Assembly: GCF_964204865.1 (NCBI RefSeq)
Contig: NC_135250.1
Location: 25,358,001-25,422,000, forward strand
Reading direction: 5' to 3'
Length of the DNA stretch: 64,000 nucleotides
DNA from: Styela clava
Taxonomy: Eukaryota
Positions within the stretch are counted from its first letter, which is position 1, and every line of letters begins with the position of its first letter. Shown one piece after another: positions 13,198-26,280 of the stretch. The position numbers and the translations under genes were made by a program. The notes under the pieces are model-generated. The model did not search any database. It had not been told where the DNA came from and was given only the letters and a program-made list of their open reading frames with translations.

Positions 13198-16100
13198 TAA
13201 AATTCAAATTTATAAATACGAGAAAATTGTTTGCCGATCAATAATGGAATGGGTTCAATATGCTCAATTCTAACTTTCGTACCGCCAATGATCAAGAATT
13301 GATTTTTTGCTGAGTTGCATTCTAGTCGGAACTGGTGTTGAGGAGTGACAACGGTACTGCTGTACTGGCTTGTTCACGTTTTAACCTGTGGTGCAGTGCA
13401 AGCTTAGCAATCGCCGTTGTAATACTTAGCAAGATAGGTAGTAATTCATTCCAAAAGCATAAAGTTAAACTGTGGATAAGTACGCCGAACAATCGCCGAG
13501 TGCATAATGAAACAATTCGCTGGCATTGAATGAATACCAATAAGGAGCCTACATATGATGTAAAGATGAAAAGGACGTTAAGGCAGCATGACAGAATCGA
13601 AATATAATGAATCAGGTTTATGAAGAAAAGTAATTGAAATTCAACTAACGCAGATAGGCCTACAGTAAAAGTTTTTATCGGTACTGCAAAATCTATCTAT
13701 ATATTGAATGACAACTCAAACAATATCTTTGGTATTATATATGCATAAACAGTTTTATGGTCCTACAATTTGACCATGCCAATTCGCAACATTTTTACCA
13801 TTTTTTTAATGGCGTGTTATTGTTTTGTTCTGTGTGCATATCGTTTTAAGAATATCGGTATTGGCCTCATCAATTACAGACCTGTACACTCGTGATTGGT
13901 GTGTTTCCTGTGAATTGCTTTTACAAGTGTCTGTGCACATAATTTACCAACATAGCTTCGATTAAAGTTTGTATTTTGCTTCTTTTAAACCAATGCCAAA
14001 TCAGTTAAGTTATTCGTGGCTTCCGACTATTCTCGTTAGTCGTTACTTTGTCACATTGTATTTGTATCAGATTGAATAGATCATTATCAGCTTAAGTATT
14101 TTAAAAGTAGCCTACAACAGCCTGAACGTTCAATACATTCGCGTATTTTTTGCGTGTTTATTTCTGGCCCATTCCTCGTTTAACAAAGTTTGTGTTTTTT
14201 GTTAGTGACTTGATCAAGCTACCAAGAATTGGACCAGTCCCGCCATCTATATCATCGGAAATGAAAAACTCAGTCTGATACCGGCATCAAATCTCAACAA
14301 CACCTCTGTAACACAACATAACAGCTATTTAAGTAAACATTGTTCACAGGTTGGGGGAATAGCTATATTTTGGATTGAGATTTCATGCGCAAATATTGCA
14401 CTATCTCGTCCATTACTATCAGGTGAAGAAACATTTATATAATATTTACAACGTTGCTAGTTATTTGCGTCAAATCGGAAATCACTGTTATTCACGAAAC
14501 CACAAGCTTCTTATGTCTTTTGGTTACTGCATGTCGAAACTGTACAAACAGTAGTGACACCTCGTAAAATGATTATTATAAGTTCACACCCACAATTCAT
14601 TGAGTCACTTTTGTACATAATACATGCATTGCTAAACCAACCGTATTTAATCTGTATATACACATTTAATATTAAATGTCAAAATCATATTGTTGAGCAA
14701 TATAATGAACAAATATAAATTTAATGCAGAGCAGAAATAAAATATATTTTAGTTTCATAAAAGATAATGTGTGAGATTTTTAAGATTGTTGTGAAACAAG
14801 TTTGCCAAATATTGTTTATCTGTCATTTTCCTTTTTCCACGTATATTTACAAATATTTGAAAGATCACATATACAGCACATGGAAGTTTTACACGACCCT
14901 GCTCAAATTTTGCTATATCACTTAAAACAGTTTTCATTCGGTGTAACTTATAAATAGCGAAATGCTTGTGCATGTCACATGTTTCCTGATTGCAGTAGAC
15001 AGTGAAAATATTTTCACATTTAAACGCTCAAACATTCATCCATCTGAATAGAGAAGACTTTTTAGTATATCAAGACTTAATTTCCATATAAACTTCTCTG
15101 AGTATACGTTCTTTAGAAAAGTTTGCAATATTTAAGTTTTTAACTTTATTTAATTACACATGGCCAACTTCCCGGAAATTTGGAATAAGTAACAAACTCA
15201 AATCTGCATTTGCGATCTTTTCAACTGCTTACTCTATTTATACTTCTTGAAAACGTATATATTTGTCTCAGTCACAAGTATTTCTAAGCACAATAATGTT
15301 CTTCACTGGAAATTAGAGGTATCGGTGCTGGATGTTCAAGTGATATTAACTTTTGCTCGTTCTAATACGATTATAATAATAGGTCTGTACAAATAAAGCA
15401 GCAACATTTACAAATTACAACAAAGAAAAATCAACAAAGTAAACAAAATGTCGCAGTAATGTGAAACACTGTTTAATGTCAAAATTTTCTTTTCTGAGAA
15501 AATACAATGAAAATTTAGAAACTTACAAAGGACTGATAGATCATCATCGAGTCAGCGATACCCCAATTAGTTAAAATGCGAAACAAAAATGTCAAGTGAA
15601 AATGCAAAAAACAATAGAATTAAACACCACATGGTTCTAGCTTGAGGCATTTGCAGGACCTGGTAAATAAAAATCTCTAGCCTCAACTGGTGACGATTTG
15701 CAAAATTACAGACAGGCGCATCACGTACCAGGGGAAATCCCATGTCCGATGAAATGCGTGCATTTCAGACATAACATCCAATTACTATAAGAATAACGGA
15801 CTATTTTTAGTCGAAAGAAGCATTCTTTCATTTTTGTCTTCTATTTTTAGTCAACAAGAAGAATTCTTTCATTGTTGGAAATGACACTATAAAACTTTCC
15901 TATTTTATAGTATATGCGTATTAGTTGTCGGGCATGGAAATTATAACGAGCGAGACAAAATGAGTGAACTTTTCAAGTAAGGTTTTTGATTTTTATTGCT
16001 GTATTATAATACACAGACTACACCCGAACTACAAGTCGTTTACAAGAATGCATGCTAGAATATACATGTTTGCGACATGACCTACAGAGCTGATTACACT

Positions 16101-16304
16101 CTGGGTGTAAAAGTGAACAGTACTGATGATTGCTCTGTCCCGGCTATGAGATAGAGATGACAATCGACACCAACTTGACTGACTACTTCAATAATAACGA
16201 CATTGTATGTAACAAGTATACCCAGTGTTTTGTCAATAAACAACTCTTTTGAATTTTTTTACATTTTTGTAATTTGCTGATAGTTACTGCATAGCTGAAA
16301 TTCA

Positions 16305-19300
16305 TCAGGCGTTGTAAGATTCGTAAGCTGTTTCCAATTGTGTTTGCTTAGTTGTCGCAGGCAGAGCTTGTTCGTAACCGGCAGTTTCTTGCAAGACATT
16401 TGATGATGATGGTTGTTTGTAAGCTAATTCTACTTGCGTTTGCTTAGTTGTCGCAGGCAGAGCTTGTTCGTAACCGGCAGTTTCTTGCAGGGCATTTGAT
16501 GATGATGGTTGTTCGTAAGCTGATTCCACTTGTGTTTGCTTAGTTGTAGCAGGAAGTGGTTGGTCGTATCCGGCAGTTTCTTGCAAGACATTTGAATATG
16601 ATGGTTGTGAAGCTGGATTGTTGGGAGGAGTTGCTAATTAATTGAAAGAATGTAATTAGCAACAAACAAAAATCGATTTAAAAGACTGATCTTGTAGAAA
16701 TCAGATCTAAGTAAACCTGTGGTAGACAGTGTGTTAAAATAATAATTTTTTAAATAAAATATCTCAGTTTTTTTCTATTACTTCATAGAAGGTTTGTTCA
16801 CAGACCAATCTCTTTCAAATTTTTAGTAATTTAATGGGCGTGACTCCTAGTAGGGCTTTAATTTTATTCACTTTTTATTTGCGGTGGCATTCCAATTTTG
16901 TATAAACTCGAGATATACAAATTGTATTGCCCCACTATTAGAACCTGTATTGATTGATAAACGTTTTCTATCCCATTAACATTGATGGCATGTGTTTATC
17001 ATTGAAGTGGAGTTAAAACTTTTATCGTGACCGTATTCTGTTGTGTTTATACACTTTGAATGACACTTCGAATTTGATTTTATGGGAATAATATTTTATA
17101 CATCAGTTCTGATTATTTCTCACTACCTTTTTCTTCTATAGTTTCGTAATTATGTTCTTTTACTTCTGCCTTTTCCTTCAAATTCATTATTTCTTTCTTC
17201 AATTTGTATATGATCCAGACAGAGACGACCAAGAAGACGAAAGGAATGAGAAAACCAATCACAAAACTGATGATGTTGAACCCGAACGCTTCTTTTTCTA
17301 AAACAAATACGTTACTCTGATTTCCCGTTGATATTTAAAGGTTTTGGGATTATAGTTTTATTAAAATTAGCAACATCATCTCTAGAATTACAAAGATAGT
17401 ATATAACGTTCACAATAAAAGAACACTTTATTCTTCTTTCAATTCTCAAAACTATTTGCTTGTTATCTTGTGTTGTTTGAAGTTTGCTAATTTTTTCCAT
17501 AATCTGGCTTTGAATTAACCAAATCTGAATATTTGTTATTCTTACCGGTATCGTTCTTAGCAGTAGTTTCCTGTTCACCTTGTTTCAACGTTATAGAGGG
17601 GCTTTGACTGAAATGTATTTGGTCACCAGAGGGCGTAGAATAAACTATCGAGACACTGAAGTAAAATAAGTTATATTATGCATTGCGGAAATAAATTCAT
17701 TAAATGAAATACTGATAAAAGATCCGATATATTATATTTGATTTGATAGCACTATTGAATAGGTAAATCAATCTAATTTGACGTTAACATATATCTTTAC
17801 TTTCTGTCGGTTTTAAAATAGCATTATAACAATACCAAAACTTTCGATTAAAAATTAAAAGTCTATGATGATCTATATATCCCTAAGATATATCTGGAAT
17901 ACCTGAACGTCTTTTTATCTAATTTTTTGTTTCTTCCTGTGAATAAAATTTCTTTTCCACGACTTTGTTCATTTTGTATCCCTGCTTTTCCGGTATTTAT
18001 TACGTCACATGTAGTCATTGATTCTTCACCGAGTGTAATATTCATTCTCTCCCAATTCATGCTAAAATATTTTATTCAATGTAAAATAGAATATGGTATG
18101 TTATGCAGGAAATACCGCTGCTACTCGAGACAATAGAAAAATGACGTTGCAACGACGCATACAAGTATATACAAATTGAAACTCTTAATATAGCAGTATA
18201 TATGAATTCAAAATACATGAAGGGTGCGGTGGTACGCACATACGCGGTATCAAAGTATCTTGTTGCATGTGCTTTGTATATATTATAGCCAAAAATTATT
18301 GGAGTAAAGTATTAGTAGTACAATGTGTTTCGTTACGGTCGTTAGAAAATTCAACGTCAAAAATCTTATAAACTCTACAACAAATAATCGCTGTTGTCCT
18401 GATATATTACATAATACATCCACTAGCTAGACGTAAAATCACGTTAACCGGGTAATCTAATTAAATGTTACTTTTTAATTGGCTTTGTCGGATTAGCAAC
18501 CAGAAATAGCAAATGAAACAAATCACCCTAGTACTTCTTACGAGTGGGACTTTCACCCGATCTATTAATTTTAATTTTACAAATAGAATTTTAAGTTGTT
18601 TATCTTATAAATCGTATTTTTTGTTTATAAATCCTGTTCAACTGAAAACACCCAATTGACAGATCACGTAGAATATTCTTCTGGAAAAAACGATTTCCAA
18701 CCTTGTCATAGGTATTGCTTTAGCAATATATTCATCTCCGCTCACTGTGTTGTTAATATTTATCATGTCAGTCATAGAAAAGTCGTCGTCAAGTTCCTTC
18801 AAATTTGTGTGTACAAGTACAAATATGCAACTGAGGTAAATAAATTATACAATATTAAAAGTTGTACTGATAGCACTATTTGTTGAGGAATGAATTCCGT
18901 ATTGTGGAATGATATTGATCAAAATAAATCAAAACTTCAGTGTCTAGTAAGCAAAGTGACTGTATTGGTGAGAGAGATGCTTAATATACCTAATATGATA
19001 TATGAACATGCTCGGTCGATTTTTATTCCAGGCTAACTATCAACCGTAGAGAAACAGACGTATTAACTTTTTGAATACCGATATATATATTATTTTCTAC
19101 TCTGTTGCATTTAGCTTACCTGACAAGGCCATTAGTCTCATCCGGTGCCTGTATTGCCAGTTCTTTGATGCCACACACGTTGATTAGGTTATCTTCAAAA
19201 CTTTCAGGCGGAAAAATCTTTGTAGGAGCTAAAACACGAGACAGTGTTTGCTAAAATAAATTGCGACAAACATGCTTACGCATTTTCACATATATTGGTT

Positions 19301-22300
19301 TGAATGGAGTTGTTAAGTAGACGGGTAATTGCAAACTTGATTTCACAAATATTAACTTCTCAATATACCTGTAGGTTTTCCTAGACAAGTGCCAGCAACC
19401 AATAATTCTTGACCAAGACCAGCACACTTAAATATTTTGATCGAAACAGAATAGTTACGATTTGGTTCTGGTTGAAATGAATACACGGATGATGATGTCA
19501 CGTTTATTAGTTTCATGTCTGTCTTCAAGTTCAAATCTCGCGACGAAGCCAGGGTTGAAGTTAAATTCAGTTCCTATAAATCATCAGATAAAAGTATTGC
19601 ATCAGAAATATTGAAGTTTTTATTTTAAATTTCCTGAATATGGGTTTCAAATGAATTGTTGAAGATAACGTAATAAACCAAAACTTCCAGATAAGTGGAA
19701 TATGATTTTGATATAAAAAATTGATAAAACAATATCTGTCATTTATATCAGTGGACCAAAACAGATTTACGATCGTAACAATAGAGTGGATGGCTGTAGA
19801 ATCAGCCAAACTTCGTGACACAGAGTGAAGTCATATTACACGTATAAATTCTCAATCCAATTTACACACCATCAACCAAGTTGTTGTAGGACATGTGTCT
19901 CAAATAGTTTGTGTTAACAATGCAATTATCGACTCACCACGGTATAAGAATCACCAGTCTCTGTTTTGTTATATAAGATCCATGAGATGACGCAAGTTTG
20001 CGTATTCTTGTATTGTATAATAGATGACGATTCAACAGATAACTTTGATCCGCCTGTTCTTGCGCTTCGGATGGTAGAATATTTGGTTGGACAGTTATCC
20101 TTTGTTACACATGCAGTTATCTGAAATTTATATTTAACAATATAATAAAGCAACGTATAATTTGGGTGAAGTGGTCAAGTAGCTTAGAACGTTTCGTACG
20201 TATTCCTGAGAGAGGAGACCTTTTGCTGGAAGTAGAACCCATGCAATAAAAATTATAAAAAAAATGATCGTTTACGATATATTGAAAAATTATTACTTAC
20301 TTTGATTTGAAAGGTTGTGTTAGGTGACAAACTGGTTATAGTGGTTGACTGTTTCTCAGATGTTGGTGAATCCACCCATCTTGTTGATTCACCTGAGGTC
20401 GGACTTACTTCTATTCTGTGAAACAGATGTGAGTTGACAGTGACAATTTGATGGAAGTAAAACAACTTGTAACAATATGCGTAATGGTGTTGGGTACACG
20501 GGTCGTAACCAACATGATAGAAATACATGTTGACACTCACCAATACGTCTAATAAATTTAACATCGTAACTTAAGCAGCTTCTACCGTTATTGGACACGT
20601 TTAGTGGCCATAACGATCGTTTCAAAATTTTGTTGTTATTGTTTAATGTTATTTGTCTCCGTCTCCATTTTTAAAAAATCGCTTTTCTCTTCGAATACTG
20701 GACCAATTGCTTTAATATTTTCAGTGGTTAAGATAAAATTTTTCTCCAGAAGGCTATTACTTTTCTTTCGCTATGACGTCATCAAAATTATTGCCACTGG
20801 GTGGCGCTACGTGTCCATATATTTGAGCATAGCTCTCTTGTCTTAGATGACATTATATCATTGTTGTGAAAACGACTATTGACTTAGATTTGTCTAAAGG
20901 CATTTTCGGTTCGGAGGAAGAGATGACGCATAAACAAGATGTTGAAATTTATGCCTTAATATTCATAAAGGTAAACTCACTTGTGTGGGAATCCAACAGC
21001 ATTTGTATGTGGTTGCCATGAGATGATCAAGTTAGAGTTGCAGACGTTATTGGATATTTGATGGATTGTGGGATTTCCAGCCACTAGAAAAGTAAATACC
21101 AAAAAATTAGCTGACAGAACTTTCAAAATTTAGAGAAGATCGTTATTTAAATTCACCCTCATATGATTCAGTTGTAGTTTTCTCGGTTTGGCCAATTCGA
21201 TAACGACAACTATAAGATCCCGCATCTGCAATATTCGAATTTTGAAGATTCAATGTTGCTGATCCAGTTTGTATCGTTTGGTAAACTCTACTTGTAGTTG
21301 CGGTTGATACTTTGTTAGATGCTTTGTACCAATCAACTTGTGTTGCAGTGCTGCATTCTGTCGCAGAACATCTTTTCTGGTTTCCACTGATTGTTTGTAT
21401 TCTAACGAACGGGCCCGGAAACACTGAAGCAGAATTTGTGAATTTGAAGCCGTAAATAACACAAATTAGTTTAAAATATGAAAACTAGGTTGATTACTTT
21501 GGTTCATGCAGGCAGAAACACTAAACTTTGAAAGTATCATGATTATATTTTTAGCGGATAAAAGCATTTTTGCGTTGATACTATTAGGGCAACTCTGTTT
21601 GTTACAAAATTTAAATTAAGTGATAGAAGCGCAATAATTCTACTATAGGCATTCAGTGGCACCGAAAGACAATACTCTCGTATCGTATACGGTACTTGTA
21701 TTGATGTGACCTGTATTGAACAGTTTCAATAGAATATTGTTAATTTGACATTTACTTCAAATCATATTTATCGTGCTAGCTTATAGGACAGGAGTTTATA
21801 TATTTGAGTTTCGTTGAGGGCAGTGCGGGTATTGTTACTGTAGTGTTCTGGGTACCATAGCATTTCCACAGTTCAAGCTTCTTTCATGATATCGTATGAT
21901 TTTTGTGGAATTGTTGGAATAGCTTTGATTTCTATATACATATATTTGTGTTTTGCTCTATTGTTTTCTTTAGATAGAACCTATGCAACTTGATACGTTT
22001 CCTTTACCTTCAGTTGAGCAAGCTTGCATATTCAAACCACTTGTACGATACCAGAAAAATTTACGACAAAGCTAAAAAACCCATAAGAATGTCATTATGA
22101 GGACGAGTTATACAAGTCTGTTATCAAAACATAGCCATATAATGAATTCATTGAATAATGAAACATCAATGATACCTATCTTTCAAATTGAGCCAAAAAT
22201 AGAAAACCGAGTATTACCTTTCTGGCAAATGTAGAAGAAGTTTTCATCGCAAGATGAATCAACCCACAGGTACGTTTGTCTGCCAACTGTCAGACAGTTT

Positions 22301-25202
22301 TCACCAGTCCCACCATTTGGCTGATTACCTTTCCTGATAAATTGAGAAGCCGTATTATTTAAGTGTAAAATTTATGCGCTTCCTAAGCAATGGCCATACA
22401 GTCTTCAACAGCATTATTAACTGCAGTCTCACCATTCGGTTGATTATATTTCCTGATAAATTGACAAGCCTAATTAATTAAGTCTAAAAATTAGGAAGGC
22501 TCTGATGAACTAATCTGAACCAAATTTGTTAACAAGATGTTGCGCAGATATGGCTACCCATTATCTATAAATAGGAGAAGTACTGATATAATAAATATGA
22601 AATTAAAATAAATTTTGGCTTGGCATAATTTATCTCATTTCCCTTACTGTTATCATCTAATAAGGTTTGTCAGCATTTCACCACTAAAAAAATGAATTCA
22701 ACTACGGCAGTTAATGAATATCATCATTGAAGTCATGCCGAGGTATTTCTCTTTACTATAATATTGATAATAATTAAACTGCATGGTATACGAGATCAAA
22801 ATTCTAATTCGCTCCTTAAATAATTTTATTTTTTTCATTTTATTTTTGCAACTTTTTTAAATAAACTTGAAAAACAAACCAGTTTTGATATCCTGCTTCT
22901 CCTCTCATTGTCACATCAGTACCATCCTGCCATTTCCAATCTCTTTCTCTAGCTATGTCATTTGCTCCGATGTAAAAGGTGTTATCTTGATGTTGTATGC
23001 TAAGAATATAAAAACCTTATTAGTTTTTTTTTAAGAAAATACCGGAGCCATCAATTGAAAATTAATAAACGACTGAGGGAAGAGCTGAAATATACCACGG
23101 AACGCTAAGATAGCTAAATATCCTTTGTGTGATGAAGCAAAGTAGTAATTAAAAAACGTTGATTATGCCAGGTAGTCAACAGTTAGTTCTGGTGTTTTGT
23201 AAACTTGAATGTATATGTCTAATTAGTAATTACTGAAAAAACTCATTGCGTATAACAATTTTCGTTCAAGTTTATTCAAATATAGTAACTTGTAAGCTAT
23301 GAAAATTTCATTGATTCTTGCTTTTATTCTATTTACGAATAACTACTGGCTTCAATACAGCATATCCAAGGTAAATAAATTGCTGTGTGGAAATTAACAT
23401 AAATACTGCGGCTGGTTTTACGATTATAATGTGAAAATAATGAAGTACATATTTGGAATTATCCCGATCCTACAACATGATTCCTAAAAGTAAAATAAAT
23501 CTTTAGCTCTCGTACATCACTGTACAAACAATATCCTATTTCAACTCACGTATATAATAAGTGTTTAATCTACATCAAGGCTGCCCAACCCGCGGCCCGC
23601 GGTCCGCATGAGGCCCGCCAGACTGTTTTTCGCGGCCCGCCCTATAAAGTTTGTAAGCAGAATTTTTATGTTTGTACTATGTTATTCAATTTATAGGGTT
23701 AAGTAGGTTTCGTGATTTTGGAGTGATTATTCCTGCCATCTATCCACATTCAAATGCCGGTTTTTATTATTTTGTATGTGTCAAGTCTTGCACCCTGGTA
23801 GACATCGACGTCATTTTTTTTTATTTCTCGCAGAACTGAGCGTTCTGTTCGACGGACTCGAAAGATATTGTGCAATCATTGAGGACGAACGCTGAGCACA
23901 ATTATGGGAATGAATTTTGAGCCTAAATTTGCAGATTAATTTCATTCTGATTGATTTCTTACGTGTCTGCTTTGATCGTCTTTATCTCCAACGTAACATA
24001 AAAAGTCAACGATATCTTTGGTACTGGTTCTGGGAACGTTGTCCTTTTATGTTTGTGATTTTTTTTTCAAATGTTTGGGTTAAATAAGATTTCGGAAATG
24101 TCGTCACTACGTATCCGTCAATAATTCTAATGAAATTGACTTAATGGCATTGCTGCATATTGGCCACGAATCAGTATATATATAGGAAATTCGTCCAGAA
24201 ATCTTTGTAATGTTACTTCATTAAATATTTGCATTGGCGTTCCAAATTTTACAAAACGACCGATTAAAACTTGATATTTCTGCGACATTGGCACACATTA
24301 TGCTCATTTAAACATTGAGGCAGTATCATAGCTACTGAAAATGAATGAATAAAAATACTATAACGCAAATATAACATTTAATTTCGACGTGATGTGTGTG
24401 TTTTCGGGTGTCATCAAGAAAGTTTCATGCCCACGCCCCGTGTTACCAGATATTCGAATAATTTGCCAGCCCTGCTTAGTAAACAGAAAGCAATTTTTAA
24501 CTTGATTGATTTGATCTTAATAAGCTTGACTTTTATGTATTACATAAATTACCTACACCGAAATCAGGACCTATAGCTGGTATTAATGTTTGGTACAAAC
24601 GTTTGCGGCCCGCAACGAATTTCGACTCTTGAAAGTGGCCCACGAGACGAAAAAGGTTGGGCAGGCCTGATCTACATTGAGATGGTACAATGTTCAATAC
24701 ATAGAACAATTCACATATTAAATAACACCAAGATATCAAAAATAAGTTTCTTTCTAACTCACTCGAATGCTGAATTAATGACTGTCGTTATTCTTTGATC
24801 ATCAACTTTAGTCAAGTAACCTCCAAATCCTTCACAAGAAGATTTTGCCTCGTTGTAAGTTTTACGTTGTTTGAAAAAAAGCAGTTCAAACCCATCAACA
24901 CATTCTTTCTTCCAGGGATCTGAAACACAACGGTATCTGGAATTGTAATCAGATTCAAATTTCAACAATTGAATAAATAACAATTCTCATTTATTACCAT
25001 GAAATTTGAAGAATATGAGCTGAGGTTTTTCCATATATTATAGAAACATTTGCATTTGTCCGAGAGAAAGCAACCTATTCATAAACAAAATGTTGGACAG
25101 GAAAAAAGCAAATGGGTTTTTTCATACAATATTCAACTAACCTTGGGCTGAAGCACTTGTGATGATAATCGAGACAATTATCACCAAAACAGTAGGATTC
25201 AT
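16305..25202 (-). CDS. Receptor copy B: CTLD(QPN)-Ig-FN3-FN3-RPTP-like membrane-proximal domain-TM-tail with 3x32-aa Tyr repeats; 15 exons, 766 aa
   Basis: Exons 25202-25142, 24919-24763, 22999-22880, 22333-22218, 21423-21157, 21083-20981, 20415-20301, 20120-19938, 19573-19369, 19228-19120, 18830-18702, 18061-17903, 17655-17579, 17297-17127, 16633-16305. All GT-AG with matching phases; total 2301 nt, single terminal TGA. Confidence 0.9.
16321..16608 (-). repeat. Coding minisatellite, 3 x 96 bp, encoding QPS(Y/S)SN(V/A)LQETAGY(D/E)Q(P/A)LPATTKQTQ(V/L)E(S/L/T)AY(E/K)
   Basis: T(C/T)GTAAGCT recurs at 16321, 16417 and 16513 (period 96). Confidence 0.95.
20591..20841 (-). mobile_element. Non-autonomous Helentron/HINE-like element (AACAAGAGAGC..ATATATGGACAC family)
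   Basis: Absent from the paralogous intron of copy A (empty site CCGTTTTCTTAG near 2505). Inserted in a T-run without a TSD; subterminal GGACAC/GTGTCC inverted repeat. Confidence 0.55.
22389..22452 (-). pseudogene. Orphan truncated duplicate of CTLD exon 4 inside intron 3 of copy B
   Basis: ATCAG|GAAATATAATCAACCGAATGGTGAG.. gives (W)KYNQPNGETAVNNAVEDCMAI, then fuses to intron sequence (GCT TAG stop). It matches the copy-D-type exon. Confidence 0.85.
23576..24669. mobile_element. Non-autonomous hAT element (~1.1 kb) in intron 2 of copy B
   Basis: TIRs CAAGGCTGCCCAACC / GGTTGGGCAGGCCTG; 8-bp TSD ATCTACAT at 23568-23575 and 24670-24677; empty site in copy A at 4983-4990. Confidence 0.92.
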
Positions 25203-25878
25203 CTTTATTATTCGAAAGACACAGTTTTTGACATTTGTGGTCAACTTAAATATTACACCCTAATTCCAATTTTTCAACTCTTTCTGATCAAAATATAAGT
25301 TATTTAATGTTAGTATGAAAAATGAACTTATAGCTATGAAAATAGATAATATATCTTAGTTATTGGCAAAGCAAATCAAGTACATGGACGTGATGAACAT
25401 CGCAGTTCCAATTGCTAAAGCAATATTTTGAATAACGGCGAAAGAAGTCGACGGAATCAATCTTTTATGAGGCAGTAGATAGGTCTTTTCACCAGTTTGC
25501 CCCACTACATCAATGCGCCCCATCCTATATTCGGTTCGCATGCTGATCATAGATAGTTGTTGGCTCAAGACTGCACTGTCCTTAATATATTTCTTCCCCA
25601 ATATCCATGAGTCTTTCTTATGGTAAATTACAAGCAGCAGGGCATGTACATGGTGTGAAGCGAAAGCATTGAAACACCTTTTCACGAGAATACTTTGATA
25701 CAGTGATAACTAACTACACAACTTAAAAGTTTTTTCATTCACATTTCAAAATAATTCCACTACTACAAACTGTTACTATTATTAAATTACCAACATTTCT
25801 CGAAACCTGCTCTACATACAATCATAAAAAATACACGTAAATTATTATGTCTTTCTTATGAGTGGTTCAACTATACTC

Positions 25879-25898
25879 TGAGTCAGTCTATCACTTCC
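25879..25898. promoter_or_regulatory. AP-1 + ETS-like composite upstream of copy B
   Basis: TGAGTCAGTCTATCACTTCC, homologous to 6303-6322. Confidence 0.4.
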
Positions 25899-26280
25899 GC
25901 ATATAATTGACTTCTGAAAACCGTTCCTCGGTCATAATGGATTGTGTGTGTATTCATTAGTTATAGCTTATGGGATAGCACAATGCCATACGAAAGCATT
26001 GCCTCTATATCAAAGCCAATACAGCACTGGGAATGTGCTCGTCATCGTTATCATACGCGGATGTTATGAAACCAAGTAACATAACCAAGTAGAAACTGTT
26101 TTCTTCCGTCTTTCATCAGCTTGCACACATCCTACATCGCATCACACTTATCTTCGACATGTTCAACAATTCATGATAACGTTAATTTCAAAACGTAAAT
26201 GTCTGATAACGTACTATTCACAATTAAGTTTATCTTACATTTTTTTAAGATAAAAAAGTTTGCAATATTGGCCCCTAAGT

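Larger units (their letters stand above)
9231..15295 (+). repeat. Segmental duplication, copy 1 (partner 58069-64000+)
   Basis: Near-identical collinear sequence from TATATTGTCACAATTTCGACATC to AAGCACAATA, apart from indels and MITE insertions. Confidence 0.92.

Noticed and set aside
13322-13540. Overlapping ORFs preserved in both duplicates (also 62152-62370), containing integrase-like RSDNGT
   Set aside because: Preservation is explained by recent duplication; no other integrase motifs.
15732-15741. Perfect kappaB site GGGAAATCCC (also GGAATTCCCC at 13006)
   Set aside because: Isolated hits downstream of genes, not conserved in the copy C flank; could be chance.
16321-16608. CRISPR-like periodic repeat
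   Set aside because: Contiguous in-frame coding tandem repeat without unique spacers, in a eukaryotic gene.
16540-17160. Canonical ITAM/ITIM/hemITAM calls for the tail
   Set aside because: YETI to YSNV spacing is 15 aa, YEQA/YDQP lack +3 L/I, and the -2 residues do not fit ITIM; reported only as ITAM-like.
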